Below, in pieces: positions 47,419 through 57,219 of a stretch of DNA of 64,000 nucleotides. Source of the stretch: Chitinophaga pinensis (GTDB taxonomy: Bacteria > Bacteroidota > Bacteroidia > UBA4408). Position numbers and translations under genes: made by a program. The stretch lies in assembly GCA_945861665.1 (NCBI GenBank), contig CAMAVS010000007.1, positions 7,277 to 71,276 of the forward strand. The letters run 5' to 3'. The notes beneath the pieces are model-generated. The model ran no database searches. It saw only the letters and a program-made list of their open reading frames with translations, and was not told the origin of the DNA. Position 1 is the first letter of the stretch. The number at the start of each line of letters is the position of its first letter.

Positions 47419-50400
47419 ATGAAAAAAAAATTTTTTACAATTTTATCCTTAACATTATTTTCCTTTGGGGTTATGGCACAAGCGCCTACACAACAATGGG
47501 CAAAGGAATACGACAATCCGAACGGTGGTAGCAATCAAGACACTCCTGAGGAAGGAGGTATAGTTGTTGATGGAAGCGGCAACAGCTATGTTACAGGCAG
47601 GTCTTATAACCAAAGTGCCTCTTATAATATAGTTACTGTAAAGTATGACCCTTCAGGTGTTCAATTATGGTCGGTTGAATATGATAATGGCTATAATAAT
47701 ACTGACGAAGGTAAAGGAATATGCTTAGATGCACAAGGAAATGTGTTTGTGGCAGGCTTTGTTTATAATAGTAATAGCTACTATGACTATATTACTATTA
47801 AATACGATAACAACGGAAATCTTTTATGGTCGCAAACTGCAAATGGATCGGGAAACAGTTACGATAATCCGAGTGCAATTACGGTTGACCAAAACACAGG
47901 CAACGTATTCGTTACGGGAGCAATGTACACAAGAAACTCCTATACTGATGATTATGGCACTGTAGCGTACGATAATAATGGAAACTTTTTGTGGAAGAAT
48001 GAATTCAATAATCCTAATTATTATAACTCATATGATTATGCTGTAGATTTGGTTGTTGATGGAGCAGGAAACGTTTTTGTTACAGGGAATACAAATAACC
48101 AATATTTAAATGGCTATCGTTATCAGGATTATGGTACAATAAAAATTGATCCGAATGGAACCACACAATGGTTTAATAGCTTCGACTTTTTGAATGATTA
48201 TTATGGTTACTTTTATGGAAATTATGATAATGCAAAAGCCATTGCGATTGATGCAAGTGGAAATGTTGCAATTACAGGTGATTGCAGAAATAACTATCTT
48301 GGAAGCGGGAATGATATTAACACAGTATGTTATGACAACAACGGTAATAGAATGTGGCTAAATTCATACAATGGCCCAAGTTATTCTAATGACTATGGTT
48401 ATGATATTACAACTGATGGATCAGGTAATTTTTACATTGGAGGAAGCCAATACAATAATAATGGCGGAGACAATATGGTTGCAATTAAACTTGACCAAAG
48501 CGGAAATCAGCAATGGATAAGCGAATACAACGGTGCTTCCAACAACACCGATCAGGCTTATAACATTGCGTTAGATTCAAATAGCAATGTTTATCTTTCA
48601 GGAAATACTTATAACAATAACCAACAAATGAATTTTGGAGTTGTAAGTTTCGACAATAACGGTACCCAATTATGGGCTATTGAATACAATGGAAGTGGGA
48701 GTGGTTATGATTATTTAAACAAAAAAGCCTTGGCTGTTGATTCTACAGGAAGTATCTATATTACGGGTCGCGTTTATGGCGCTTCAGGAGGCAATAATTA
48801 TGCTACCGTAAAATACTGTAACTCACCGGTTGCTGCAGGAGTAATTACAGGAACACCTGTTGTATGTCAAGGACAAACTGCTGTTACTTATTCAGTAACT
48901 GCTATACAACATGCTACTGGGTATAACTGGGTATTGCCTTTAGGTGCTACCATTACGGCAGGAGCAAATACAAATTCAATTACTGTTGATTTTGGAAACA
49001 ATGCTGTTACAGGAGACATAACTGTGCAAGGTACCAATTCATGTTCAAACGGTGCCTTTTCAACGGATTATTCTGTCATTGTAAATCCTTTACCAATTGC
49101 TGCAGGAACAATAAGTGGTCCTGCAAATGTTTGTGTAGGACAAACTTTCGTTAATTATTCTGTTAGTGTAATAACCTTTGCTACTGCTTATACTTGGACA
49201 TTGCCTGCTGGTGCAACTATTGTTGCAGGTAACAATACCAACAGTATATCTGTGAATTTTGCTCTTAATGCTGCTAGTGGAAACATTACAGTGAAAGGAA
49301 CTAACTCTTGTGGCGATGGAACTATTTCAGCTAATTTCCCAATCATTGTTAACCCTTTACCTGCTGCTGCGGGAGCTATAGTAGGTTTGGCAAATGTTTG
49401 TCAAGGGCAGATGGGTATTACTTATTCAATAGTTTCTATTGCAAATGCAACTGGTTATAATTGGACGTTGCCTGCGGGCGCTACAATTATTTCAGGTGCG
49501 AATACGAATAGCATTTCCGTTGACTACTCAGCGAATGCTGCAAGTGGAAACGTTATGGTAACGGGAACAAATACTTGTGGAAATGGTGCCGTTAAAACAT
49601 TGGCTGTAACTGTTAATCCATTGGTTGCTGCTGCCGGAACTGTAAACGGTTTAGCTACTGTTTGTGCAGGTCAAATGAATGTAAATTATTTTGTGAACAC
49701 CATTGCGAATGCTGCCGGATATAACTGGGTGCTTCCTGCGGGCGCTACTATTATTTCAGGAGCTAACACAAACAGTATTGTGGTAAATTTTGCTAACAAT
49801 GCTGTAAGTGGTAATGTTAGTGTTAATGGTTCAAATACTTGTGGTAATGGTGCTGCTTCTATGTTGGCTGTAACAGTTAATCCTTTACCGGATGTTGCTG
49901 GTATCATCACCGGTTCCGATACTGTATGTGCTGGTCAAATGGGGGTTACTTATTCAGTAGCTTCTATTGCAAATGCTACTGGTTATAACTGGACATTGCC
50001 TTCAGGTGCTACAATTGCTACGGGAGCAAACACAAACAGTATTACTGTTGATTTTGGAGCAGGTGCTATGAGTGGAATGATTTGGGTAGAAGGAACAAAT
50101 TCTTGTGGAATTGGTACTTCAAGCAGTTTTGCTATCGTTGTTAACTCACCGGCTGCTGCTACTTCTATTATGGGACCTTTAGCTGTTTGTGAAGGACAAA
50201 TAGGTGTAATGTATTCTGTTTCTCCTATTGCAAATGCAGTGGGTTACAACTGGACATTACCAGTAGGTGCAACAATAGCTGCAGGAGCTAACACCAATGT
50301 TATTTGGGTTGACTTTGCTGCAAATGCAGTTAGTGGAACAATTTCAGTAGCGGGCACCAATGCTTGCGGAACCGGACTTGTTACATCTATCGCAGTAACT

Positions 50401-50928
50401 GTAAATCCAATGCCAATTGTTACATTTAGTTTAGCGGTTATGGATACAGTATGCTTGGATGAGTGGCACCAAAATGGTGTTCTTTTAACAGGAGGAACTC
50501 CTGCACGAGGAAATTACTCCGGCTTAGGTACAGTTAACGGATTCTTCTACCCTGCATTAGCAGGAGTTGGAACACACGTTATTACTTATACTTATACGAA
50601 TGCTATCGGTTGTTCTAATACTGCAACGGATACTATATTTGTAAGTACTTGTACCAATGTAACTGAATTAGGCAACAACAACAACATATCTGTATATCCT
50701 AATCCAACTAAAGGTTCATTTACTATCAATGGCACTTTTGCTTCTGACGATAAAGCAAATATTTTGCTTTGTAATATGTTTGGAGAGTTAGTTCTAGTAA
50801 TAGAAAATGGAAACATTGCAACAACATACAATAAGCAAGTAAACATTGATGAGCTTGCTAATGGAATTTATTTCCTTACTATACAAACAAACGGAAATAA
50901 CGTAACAACAAAAATAGTTAAAAACTAA
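47419..50928 (+). CDS. T9SS type A adhesin-like cargo: eight SBBP beta-propeller repeats, six PKD/Ig-like repeats, CTD
   Basis: Eight DxxGNxYVTG blades; six ~87-aa VCxGQ..YSV..YNWxLPxGATI..N(S/T/A)C repeats; VYPNPTKG..LANGIYFL..KIVKN. Confidence 0.9.
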   Translation: MKKKFFTILSLTLFSFGVMAQAPTQQWAKEYDNPNGGSNQDTPEEGGIVVDGSGNSYVTGRSYNQSASYNIVTVKYDPSGVQLWSVEYDNGYNNTDEGKGICLDAQGNVFVAGFVYNSNSYYDYITIKYDNNGNLLWSQTANGSGNSYDNPSAITVDQNTGNVFVTGAMYTRNSYTDDYGTVAYDNNGNFLWKNEFNNPNYYNSYDYAVDLVVDGAGNVFVTGNTNNQYLNGYRYQDYGTIKIDPNGTTQWFNSFDFLNDYYGYFYGNYDNAKAIAIDASGNVAITGDCRNNYLGSGNDINTVCYDNNGNRMWLNSYNGPSYSNDYGYDITTDGSGNFYIGGSQYNNNGGDNMVAIKLDQSGNQQWISEYNGASNNTDQAYNIALDSNSNVYLSGNTYNNNQQMNFGVVSFDNNGTQLWAIEYNGSGSGYDYLNKKALAVDSTGSIYITGRVYGASGGNNYATVKYCNSPVAAGVITGTPVVCQGQTAVTYSVTAIQHATGYNWVLPLGATITAGANTNSITVDFGNNAVTGDITVQGTNSCSNGAFSTDYSVIVNPLPIAAGTISGPANVCVGQTFVNYSVSVITFATAYTWTLPAGATIVAGNNTNSISVNFALNAASGNITVKGTNSCGDGTISANFPIIVNPLPAAAGAIVGLANVCQGQMGITYSIVSIANATGYNWTLPAGATIISGANTNSISVDYSANAASGNVMVTGTNTCGNGAVKTLAVTVNPLVAAAGTVNGLATVCAGQMNVNYFVNTIANAAGYNWVLPAGATIISGANTNSIVVNFANNAVSGNVSVNGSNTCGNGAASMLAVTVNPLPDVAGIITGSDTVCAGQMGVTYSVASIANATGYNWTLPSGATIATGANTNSITVDFGAGAMSGMIWVEGTNSCGIGTSSSFAIVVNSPAAATSIMGPLAVCEGQIGVMYSVSPIANAVGYNWTLPVGATIAAGANTNVIWVDFAANAVSGTISVAGTNACGTGLVTSIAVTVNPMPIVTFSLAVMDTVCLDEWHQNGVLLTGGTPARGNYSGLGTVNGFFYPALAGVGTHVITYTYTNAIGCSNTATDTIFVSTCTNVTELGNNNNISVYPNPTKGSFTINGTFASDDKANILLCNMFGELVLVIENGNIATTYNKQVNIDELANGIYFLTIQTNGNNVTTKIVKN

Positions 50929-50946
50929 TTTGAAAAATTGAAAATT

Positions 50947-50977
50947 AAAACGTCCCGCAAAATTTGCGGGACGTTTT
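50947..50977 (+). terminator. Intrinsic terminator
   Basis: aaaacgtcccgcaaa-a-tttgcgggacgtttt. Confidence 0.85.
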
Positions 50978-51045
50978 TTAATCATACATAAAAAGTTAGA
51001 TATACCTTTTGGACTTAATAAAAACATTAACTTAATACTTAAAAA

Positions 51046-51633
51046 ATGAAGCCATTAATAAAATTTACGTTTGTTTTAACTACAGTACTGTTGTTTATGG
51101 CATTTAATATTCCAAAAGGGTGGAACAAATCGGGCAGCGATCCAGATAAATATGAAATGAATATTGAAAAAGGTGCAGGGCAAGATGGTAAAATTGCGGC
51201 AACTATAAAGTCATTATCAGATTTAAAACCTAACAGTTCGGCTGCTATGACACAAACCTTTGCAGCTGAAAAGTATCTTGGCAAAAGAATACGCATGACA
51301 GCCTTTATGAAAACAAAAGATGTTTTAGGTTGGACGGGGTTTATGTTGCGTGTTGATCAGAATGGTCCTCCTGGACAAAATCAAATACCTGCTATTGATA
51401 ATATGAGAGACAGACAAATAAAAGGAAGTACCGATTGGAAAAAACATGAAATAGTATTAGATGTTGTTGCTAATGCATCAAACATTATTTTTGGAGCTTC
51501 ACTTAATGGAGAAGGTCAAATTTGGTTTGATAATTTTTCATTCGAAATTGTGGACAACACTGTTCCATTAACAGGTAGCGGAGCAAAAAACATTACAAAA
51601 GCACAACCTGAAAATTTGAATTTCGAAGAATAA
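51046..51633 (+). CDS. Secreted hypothetical protein, single CBM/galactose-binding-like jelly-roll domain
   Basis: Signal peptide; PKGW..G, YLGKRIR, LRVD, DNMRDR.IKGSTDW, G.IWFDNF, PENLNFE. Confidence 0.7.
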   Translation: MKPLIKFTFVLTTVLLFMAFNIPKGWNKSGSDPDKYEMNIEKGAGQDGKIAATIKSLSDLKPNSSAAMTQTFAAEKYLGKRIRMTAFMKTKDVLGWTGFMLRVDQNGPPGQNQIPAIDNMRDRQIKGSTDWKKHEIVLDVVANASNIIFGASLNGEGQIWFDNFSFEIVDNTVPLTGSGAKNITKAQPENLNFEE

Positions 51634-51651
51634 TCTGAAAATAGTTTATTT

Positions 51652-51686
51652 AAAATCGGACGATAAATAATTTATCGTCCGATTTT
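51652..51686. terminator. Bidirectional intrinsic terminator
   Basis: aaaatcggacgataaat-a-atttatcgtccgatttt between convergent genes. Confidence 0.85.
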
Positions 51687-51715
51687 GTTTTTCTTCAAAT
51701 AGTACTTTAACAACA

Positions 51716-52342
51716 CTACATTTTTACCTCACCAACATCCAATACCGAATTAACACGGTATTTTTTGTGTGCTTTTATAGACACTGCTACGTCCCATTTC
51801 CCTTTCTTCAACATTATTTTTCTATGTGCAGTATCGGCAATTCCTTCGTCAATCAACAAATCAATTACAATGGCAAGTGGGTCTTTAAACCCATATTGAC
51901 AACACTCTCCAACACTTTTGTATTTATGTTTAATACCCTTGAATCGCTTGGCAAAATCTCCGTGCCCCAGCGCTCCTGCCTCACCCATTTTTTGCGCGTG
52001 TAATTGTGCGATGTTAGCCAGCCATTTGCTTGCATTTAATACTGGCAATTCACTTTGCATTTCTAATTCACTTTTTAAAGAAATAAGATAACTGTTATTT
52101 TTAATGTTGGCAGAATCAACATAGTGCTTTAAAAATGTTTCGGAAAATAGTTTTCCATTGATGCGTACCAGGTTCCAATAAAAGATTACTTGTTTCTCTT
52201 GCGGGCTTAAATAACTTACACCCTTAGATGTATTGGCTTTACCGAGTGCTTGTTTGTCCCATTTATCAATCGGCGATTGCGCTTGAAGTAAACGAGGATT
52301 GCCGATTAAAAAAAATAAAAAAAGAGAAATAAACACTTTCAA
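51716..52342 (-). CDS. CAP (SCP-like) domain protein
   Basis: NLVRING, HAQKMG...GH, VGECCQYG, LLIDEG...HRK. Confidence 0.85.
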   Translation of the reverse strand: MKVFISLFLFFLIGNPRLLQAQSPIDKWDKQALGKANTSKGVSYLSPQEKQVIFYWNLVRINGKLFSETFLKHYVDSANIKNNSYLISLKSELEMQSELPVLNASKWLANIAQLHAQKMGEAGALGHGDFAKRFKGIKHKYKSVGECCQYGFKDPLAIVIDLLIDEGIADTAHRKIMLKKGKWDVAVSIKAHKKYRVNSVLDVGEVKM

Positions 52343-52430
52343 AATGCTATACTATAACAATAAATGTTTCCAATAATAAGTATGTTTCTGACTCATTTAA
52401 AACAGTTATCTGTTAATGCAAAGAGCCCTC

Positions 52431-53711
52431 TTAGCATAACGCTTCACCAAAGACCATTGCCGTTTTTCCCAAGTCTTCATAAGTATGCGCTTCGCTAACA
52501 AAACCAACTTCATATCCTGATGGGCCTAGATAAACTCCTCGCTCCAACAATCCCTTGTGCAATTTTTTAAAATATTCCATACTTGCCACATCAATTGCTT
52601 CAGCGGAACGAATAAACTCAACGTTTGTAAAGGATATCCAAAAAATGCTACCAATGGAAAAAATTTGGATATTAGATATTGGATATTGATCTGATGAAAG
52701 AATTTTTTTAATTAGAAATTGTGTTTTATCTTCCAAGGCTTTATAAAAATTGGGCTTTAAGCATTCTGTCAACTGCGCTATTCCTGCTGCCATTGCAACC
52801 GGGTTTCCACTAAGAGTTCCTGCTTGGTAAACTGCACCTTCGGGAGAAACACAAGACATTATACTTGCACTTGCACCATAAGCACCTACCGGCAAACCTC
52901 CGCCAATAATTTTTCCGTAAGTAATTATATCTGGTGCAATATTATAATGCCCTGCAGCACCTGTAAAACCAATTCTAAAACCACTTATCACCTCGTCAAA
53001 AATTAACAGCGACTTATTTGCAGTACATATTTCTCGCAAAAATGTAAGGTATTCTTTACGTTGTAAAAGCAGGCCGTTATTAGCAGGAATGGGCTCAATG
53101 ATAACACAAGCAATTTGATCTTTAAAATCAGCAAATGCTTTTTTGACTGCTATTTCGTTATCCAAGGAAACAACAATTGTTTCGTTCACAAAACTTTCAG
53201 GAATCCCTGCTGATGAACTGTTGCCAAAAGTTACCAATCCTGAACCCGCTTTTACCAATAAAGAATCGGTATGGCCATGATAGCAACCTTCAAATTTTAA
53301 TATTTTATTTCGTTTGGTGTACCCTCTTGCTAAACGGATTGCACTCATAACAGCTTCGGTTCCTGAACTTACAAAACGTATTTTTTCAATGAATTTATTA
53401 TTGCTCAAAATCAATTCTGCTAAGTCATTTTCCAATGCAGTAGGGGCACCAAAAGAACTTCCTTTTTTTACAGTTTCTGTAATGGCCTCTATTACCTTTT
53501 TATTTGCATGGCCTAATATAAGTGGTCCCCAGGAACAGCAATAGTCAATAAACTCATTGTTGTCTGCATCCCAAATATGCGACCCTTTTCCTCTATCAAT
53601 AAACAAGGGTGTGCCACCAACCGAACGAAATGCTCTTACGGGACTGTTTACACCACCTGGAAAATATGTTTTTGCCTTTTCAAAAAGTGCTTCAGATTGT
53701 TCTCTTTTCAT
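52431..53711 (-). CDS. hemL: Glutamate-1-semialdehyde 2,1-aminomutase
   Basis: PGGVNSPVRAF, SWGPLILGH, SGTEA, FEGCYHGH, FDEVISGFR, GKIIGGGLPVGAYG, YQAGTLSGNP; TAnnTTTG motif at 53722-53729. Confidence 0.98.
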   Translation of the reverse strand: MKREQSEALFEKAKTYFPGGVNSPVRAFRSVGGTPLFIDRGKGSHIWDADNNEFIDYCCSWGPLILGHANKKVIEAITETVKKGSSFGAPTALENDLAELILSNNKFIEKIRFVSSGTEAVMSAIRLARGYTKRNKILKFEGCYHGHTDSLLVKAGSGLVTFGNSSSAGIPESFVNETIVVSLDNEIAVKKAFADFKDQIACVIIEPIPANNGLLLQRKEYLTFLREICTANKSLLIFDEVISGFRIGFTGAAGHYNIAPDIITYGKIIGGGLPVGAYGASASIMSCVSPEGAVYQAGTLSGNPVAMAAGIAQLTECLKPNFYKALEDKTQFLIKKILSSDQYPISNIQIFSIGSIFWISFTNVEFIRSAEAIDVASMEYFKKLHKGLLERGVYLGPSGYEVGFVSEAHTYEDLGKTAMVFGEALC

Positions 53712-54170
53712 AAAATTTGTGCAAATATAGGATGTAATGCCGGTAAAAAGAAAAACTTGTCATTTTACGACAAGGTTTTATTTTATAATTCACTGTTGTT
53801 ATTAATTTTGCTTCAACGGTTATGCTATGGGGGTAGCGATTTAAGTAATGATCCATTTCATTTAAAATAGAATTTATTATCATTATACCCAATAACTAGA
53901 CTATTAAGTTATCGTTACCAGAACTCTTATTAGAACAGTCATTCTCGCAAGAATAAATCACTATAAGGAATGGTGGCCAGCCAAAAAAAGGCTTGTTTTA
54001 AAAATTTCATAATAAATCCACTTATATTGGTAGTTAAAGCAATCAATAAATTATTGGAATTATTATGAAAAAAAAGGTGATTTATTTTGTATATCTAAAA
54101 TAAGATTTTAATATTGTATGTTGAAAATAAAAATGGAATACGAGTTTGTTGTAGTAATTAATAGAAATTT

Positions 54171-54974
54171 ATGAGAAAAAGAAAATTATCATTGTTAGTT
54201 AGTTCGATAATTTTTTCATTGAGCAGTTATGCAGCAGGAGTTATTACACTAGAAGGAAACTATCAAGGTAAAAATTTGTTTGTTCAAAACCCTTTTACTG
54301 GAAGCGGTGTTGGTTTTTGTGCCTTTGAAGTATCAATAAATGGACAAGTTTCAACGGATGAATTACAATCCAGTGCATTTGAAATTGACTTTACCCCTTA
54401 CCAACTAACAATTGGCGACAAAGTTATAGTTACCATTACCCACAAAGATGATTGCAAACCGAAGGTGTTGAACCCCGAGGTGCTTAAATCAAAAAGCACA
54501 TTTGAAGTAGTTCCAAATTCAATGAAAGTTGGAATGGATGGAACCTTAAGTTGGACAACTAAAGCGGAAAGCGGAAAATTGAATTTCGTAGTAGAGCAGT
54601 ACCGCTGGAACAAATGGGTTAAAGTAGGTGAGGTTGAAGGGAAAGGAAAACCTGCTGCTGCTTCCTATACTGTAAAAGTTATTCCTCATTCGGGTGAAAA
54701 CAAGTTTAGAGTTAAACAAGTAGATTTTAGTCCTCAACCACGTTACTCCGATCCTGTTAAATTCAGAGCAGTGATCCCCGAGGTAACATTTGGACCATTA
54801 AAGGCTGATAAAGAAATTCTATTCTCGGACGAAACGATGTTTGAGATCTTTGATATGTTCGGAGATATTGTTAAAAAGGGATTTGGTAAAGCTGTAGAAA
54901 TTGGTGCATTAAAAAAAGGTGCTTATTATATTAATTACGACAATAAAACAGGAGAAACATTTATTAAGAAGTAA
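54171..54974 (+). CDS. Secreted hypothetical protein with a possible degenerate T9SS type A CTD
   Basis: Signal peptide; C-terminus EIFDMFGDIVKKG...LKKGAYYI...FIKK resembles a CTD lacking the YPNP motif. Confidence 0.7.
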   Translation: MRKRKLSLLVSSIIFSLSSYAAGVITLEGNYQGKNLFVQNPFTGSGVGFCAFEVSINGQVSTDELQSSAFEIDFTPYQLTIGDKVIVTITHKDDCKPKVLNPEVLKSKSTFEVVPNSMKVGMDGTLSWTTKAESGKLNFVVEQYRWNKWVKVGEVEGKGKPAAASYTVKVIPHSGENKFRVKQVDFSPQPRYSDPVKFRAVIPEVTFGPLKADKEILFSDETMFEIFDMFGDIVKKGFGKAVEIGALKKGAYYINYDNKTGETFIKK

Positions 54975-54998
54975 TCAAATAAGAATACACCACAAATT

Positions 54999-55032
54999 AA
55001 AATAGCCCTTGTTAATTCAGGGGCTATTTTTT
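54999..55032 (+). terminator. Intrinsic terminator
   Basis: aaaatagcccttg-ttaatt-caggggctattttt hairpin with U-tract. Confidence 0.8.
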
Positions 55033-55065
55033 TACCCTTTAAAGAGTTAAAACAAAACATATTTA

Positions 55066-55467
55066 ATGAAAAAGATAGAACATATAGGAATAGCTGTAAG
55101 AAGCTTAGAGAATGCAAATAAATTGTTCGCCTCCCTATTTGGTGTGGAGCATTATAAAATTGAAAACGTAGAAAGTGAGCATGTTGCAACTTCCTTTTTT
55201 AAAATAGGAGATGATAAAATAGAATTATTAGAAGCCACTTCTCCCGAAAGTGCCATATCTAAATTTATTAAAAAAAAGGGGGAAGGTGTGCACCATATTG
55301 CATTCGAGGTTGAAAACATTTATGCCGAGATTGAAAGATTAAAAAATGAAGGATTTCAAATGATACACGATGCCCCAAAAAAAGGCGCTGATAATAAACT
55401 GATTTGTTTTTTGCATCCGAAATTAACGAATGGTGTATTAATAGAATTGTGTCAGGAAATAAAGTAG
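55066..55467 (+). CDS. mce: Methylmalonyl-CoA epimerase
   Basis: IEHIGIAV, KIELLE, GEGVHHIAFEV, FLHPKLTNGVLIELCQ. Confidence 0.95.
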   Translation: MKKIEHIGIAVRSLENANKLFASLFGVEHYKIENVESEHVATSFFKIGDDKIELLEATSPESAISKFIKKKGEGVHHIAFEVENIYAEIERLKNEGFQMIHDAPKKGADNKLICFLHPKLTNGVLIELCQEIK

Positions 55468-55478
55468 AATATATTTTA

Positions 55479-56531
55479 TTATTGATTAACAGCAATCAAC
55501 TTCATTTCAATATCATCAATATATATTGTTTGGGATGAGATGTTCAAAAGATAAACATTGATTATGTCTCCCGAACGTCTTTCTTTAGTTAGAGTAACAC
55601 TTCAGTATGCATCTGTCCACTTGTTACTCACACTTAAATAATCCAACACATTTACATTTGCTTGTAAATAATTGCTTGTTCCATTTTTGCAATTAATAGA
55701 CACAAATGCATCCGTCTTTTTAATATCTCCAACTACCATAACTTTTAAACGACAGGAAAGAATAATCGTTTGTTGAAAGGAGAAAGAATCGGGGATTGTG
55801 TATTCAAACATCAGGCGTCAATAAAAAATAGTCGTTCAACAAAAGCTGTTTTGAACTTGGCCGATTCAATGATGTAATGATTTGCGTAGATCTGTAAAAA
55901 TTAATTCCGGCATCAAATTCAGGACTTATACCCAGTGTTATATTGAACTTTTCGCTCACGTTTTGTTTCGCTTTTAATTCTGTAATTGCTGCTTTTATAT
56001 CCGCATCCGCTTTCCATTCAAATACGTAGTTAAAATTTACAGTAAAAGAAAAATGCACAACAACAAAAATCGCACTTATAAATAGCAAGTGCTTGAATAT
56101 TCGAACTTCATTGTATAATATCACAAGCGTGCTGCTCAAAAAAACAGCAAACAAAACTGTTATAAATAAAGCGGTTCGATAAATTAGATACAGCGTTTGA
56201 AAGATCTAATGTTGTGCTATTGAAAAAACAACTATTCCGATTAATAAAAACAGCAAAGCATTCAAAAAAAATTGTGGAATATCTTTTTTGCGTATACCTT
56301 TCAGTACATATAAAACTACTATAAAGCTGACAGTTGCGATTATACTAACAAAAACATATTTAAGTGCCGAGGGATAATAGATGGAATAAAATTATTTTTT
56401 CTTACATAATCAAGATACGTAACCGTCTCATCATAGGTAATCGAAAGTAAGTATGCCCGTGATAATGTATAGCAAAAAACAAGAAAGCCAGCTATCCAAA
56501 GTACCCTATTATTAGGCTTGTTGGAAATTAC
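55479..56531 (-). pseudogene. Decayed GT-C-like membrane glycosyltransferase with C-terminal CBM-like domain
   Basis: Frame pieces read RAYLLSITYDETVTYL (DE motif after TM1), frameshift, TM run ending AQH*IFQTLYLIYRTALF (TAG at 56206-56208), the 55804..56154 segment, frameshift, then KWTDAY*SVTL...VYLLN..IYIDDIEM. Confidence 0.75.
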
Positions 56532-56539
56532 TCACATTC

Positions 56540-57196
56540 TTAATCCAAATGCATTTCAGGGATATCACCTTCTATAATAAGTCTGCCAAGTGTGGCATTT
56601 TTTATTTGTTCAACACTAATACCAGGAGCTCTTTCCAATAATTTAAATCCCTGTTGAGTAACATCCAATACTGCTAATTCTGTTACTATTTTTTTCACAC
56701 AACCCACACCGGTTAAAGGCAAAGAACACTTCGGCAACAATTTTGATTCTCCTGCTTTATTCACGTGTTGCATTGCTACAATTATATTTTTTGCAGAAGC
56801 TACTAAGTCCATTGCCCCTCCCATCCCTTTCACCATTTTTCCGGGAATTTTCCAGTTGGCAATATCGCCATTGTCTGACACTTCCATTGCACCCAAAATA
56901 GTTAAATCTACTTTGCAAGAACGTATCATTCCAAAACTCATTGCGCTGTCAAAAAATGAAGAGCCGGGTAATGTAGTAATGGTTTGTTTTCCTGCATTAA
57001 TTAAATCAGCATCTTCTTCTCCATCAAATGGAAAAGGCCCCATTCCTAACAATCCATTTTCTGATTGCAACACTACATCAAATCCTTGAGGTATATAATT
57101 CGCAACCAAGGTTGGTATACCTATTCCTAGATTTACATAATAACCCCTCTTTACTTCCTTTGCAATGCGTTTTGCAATTCCTGTTTTGTCAAGCAT
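56540..57196 (-). CDS. scoB: 3-oxoacid CoA-transferase subunit B
   Basis: YVNLGIGIPT, LQSENG (catalytic Glu), GMGGAMDL. Confidence 0.96.
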   Translation of the reverse strand: MLDKTGIAKRIAKEVKRGYYVNLGIGIPTLVANYIPQGFDVVLQSENGLLGMGPFPFDGEEDADLINAGKQTITTLPGSSFFDSAMSFGMIRSCKVDLTILGAMEVSDNGDIANWKIPGKMVKGMGGAMDLVASAKNIIVAMQHVNKAGESKLLPKCSLPLTGVGCVKKIVTELAVLDVTQQGFKLLERAPGISVEQIKNATLGRLIIEGDIPEMHLD

Positions 57197-57219
57197 ATAT
57201 TAATTTAAAAATTTGGAAA

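Noticed and set aside
48830-50410. Repeated ~260-nt units as a possible DGR template/variable repeat pair
   Set aside because: All copies are coding PKD-like domains, differences are not adenine-specific by eye, and no reverse transcriptase is in the window
53712-54170. Possible ncRNA, riboswitch or small ORF (53692..53892) upstream of hemL
   Set aside because: Only a weak hairpin near 53753-53779, no recognisable riboswitch consensus, and the ORF overlaps the hemL start and promoter motif
55602-56208. Stop-codon recoding (TGA/TAG readthrough) as the explanation for in-frame stops
   Set aside because: The stops co-occur with frameshifts and an apparent deletion, and TGA and TAG terminate normal genes elsewhere in the window
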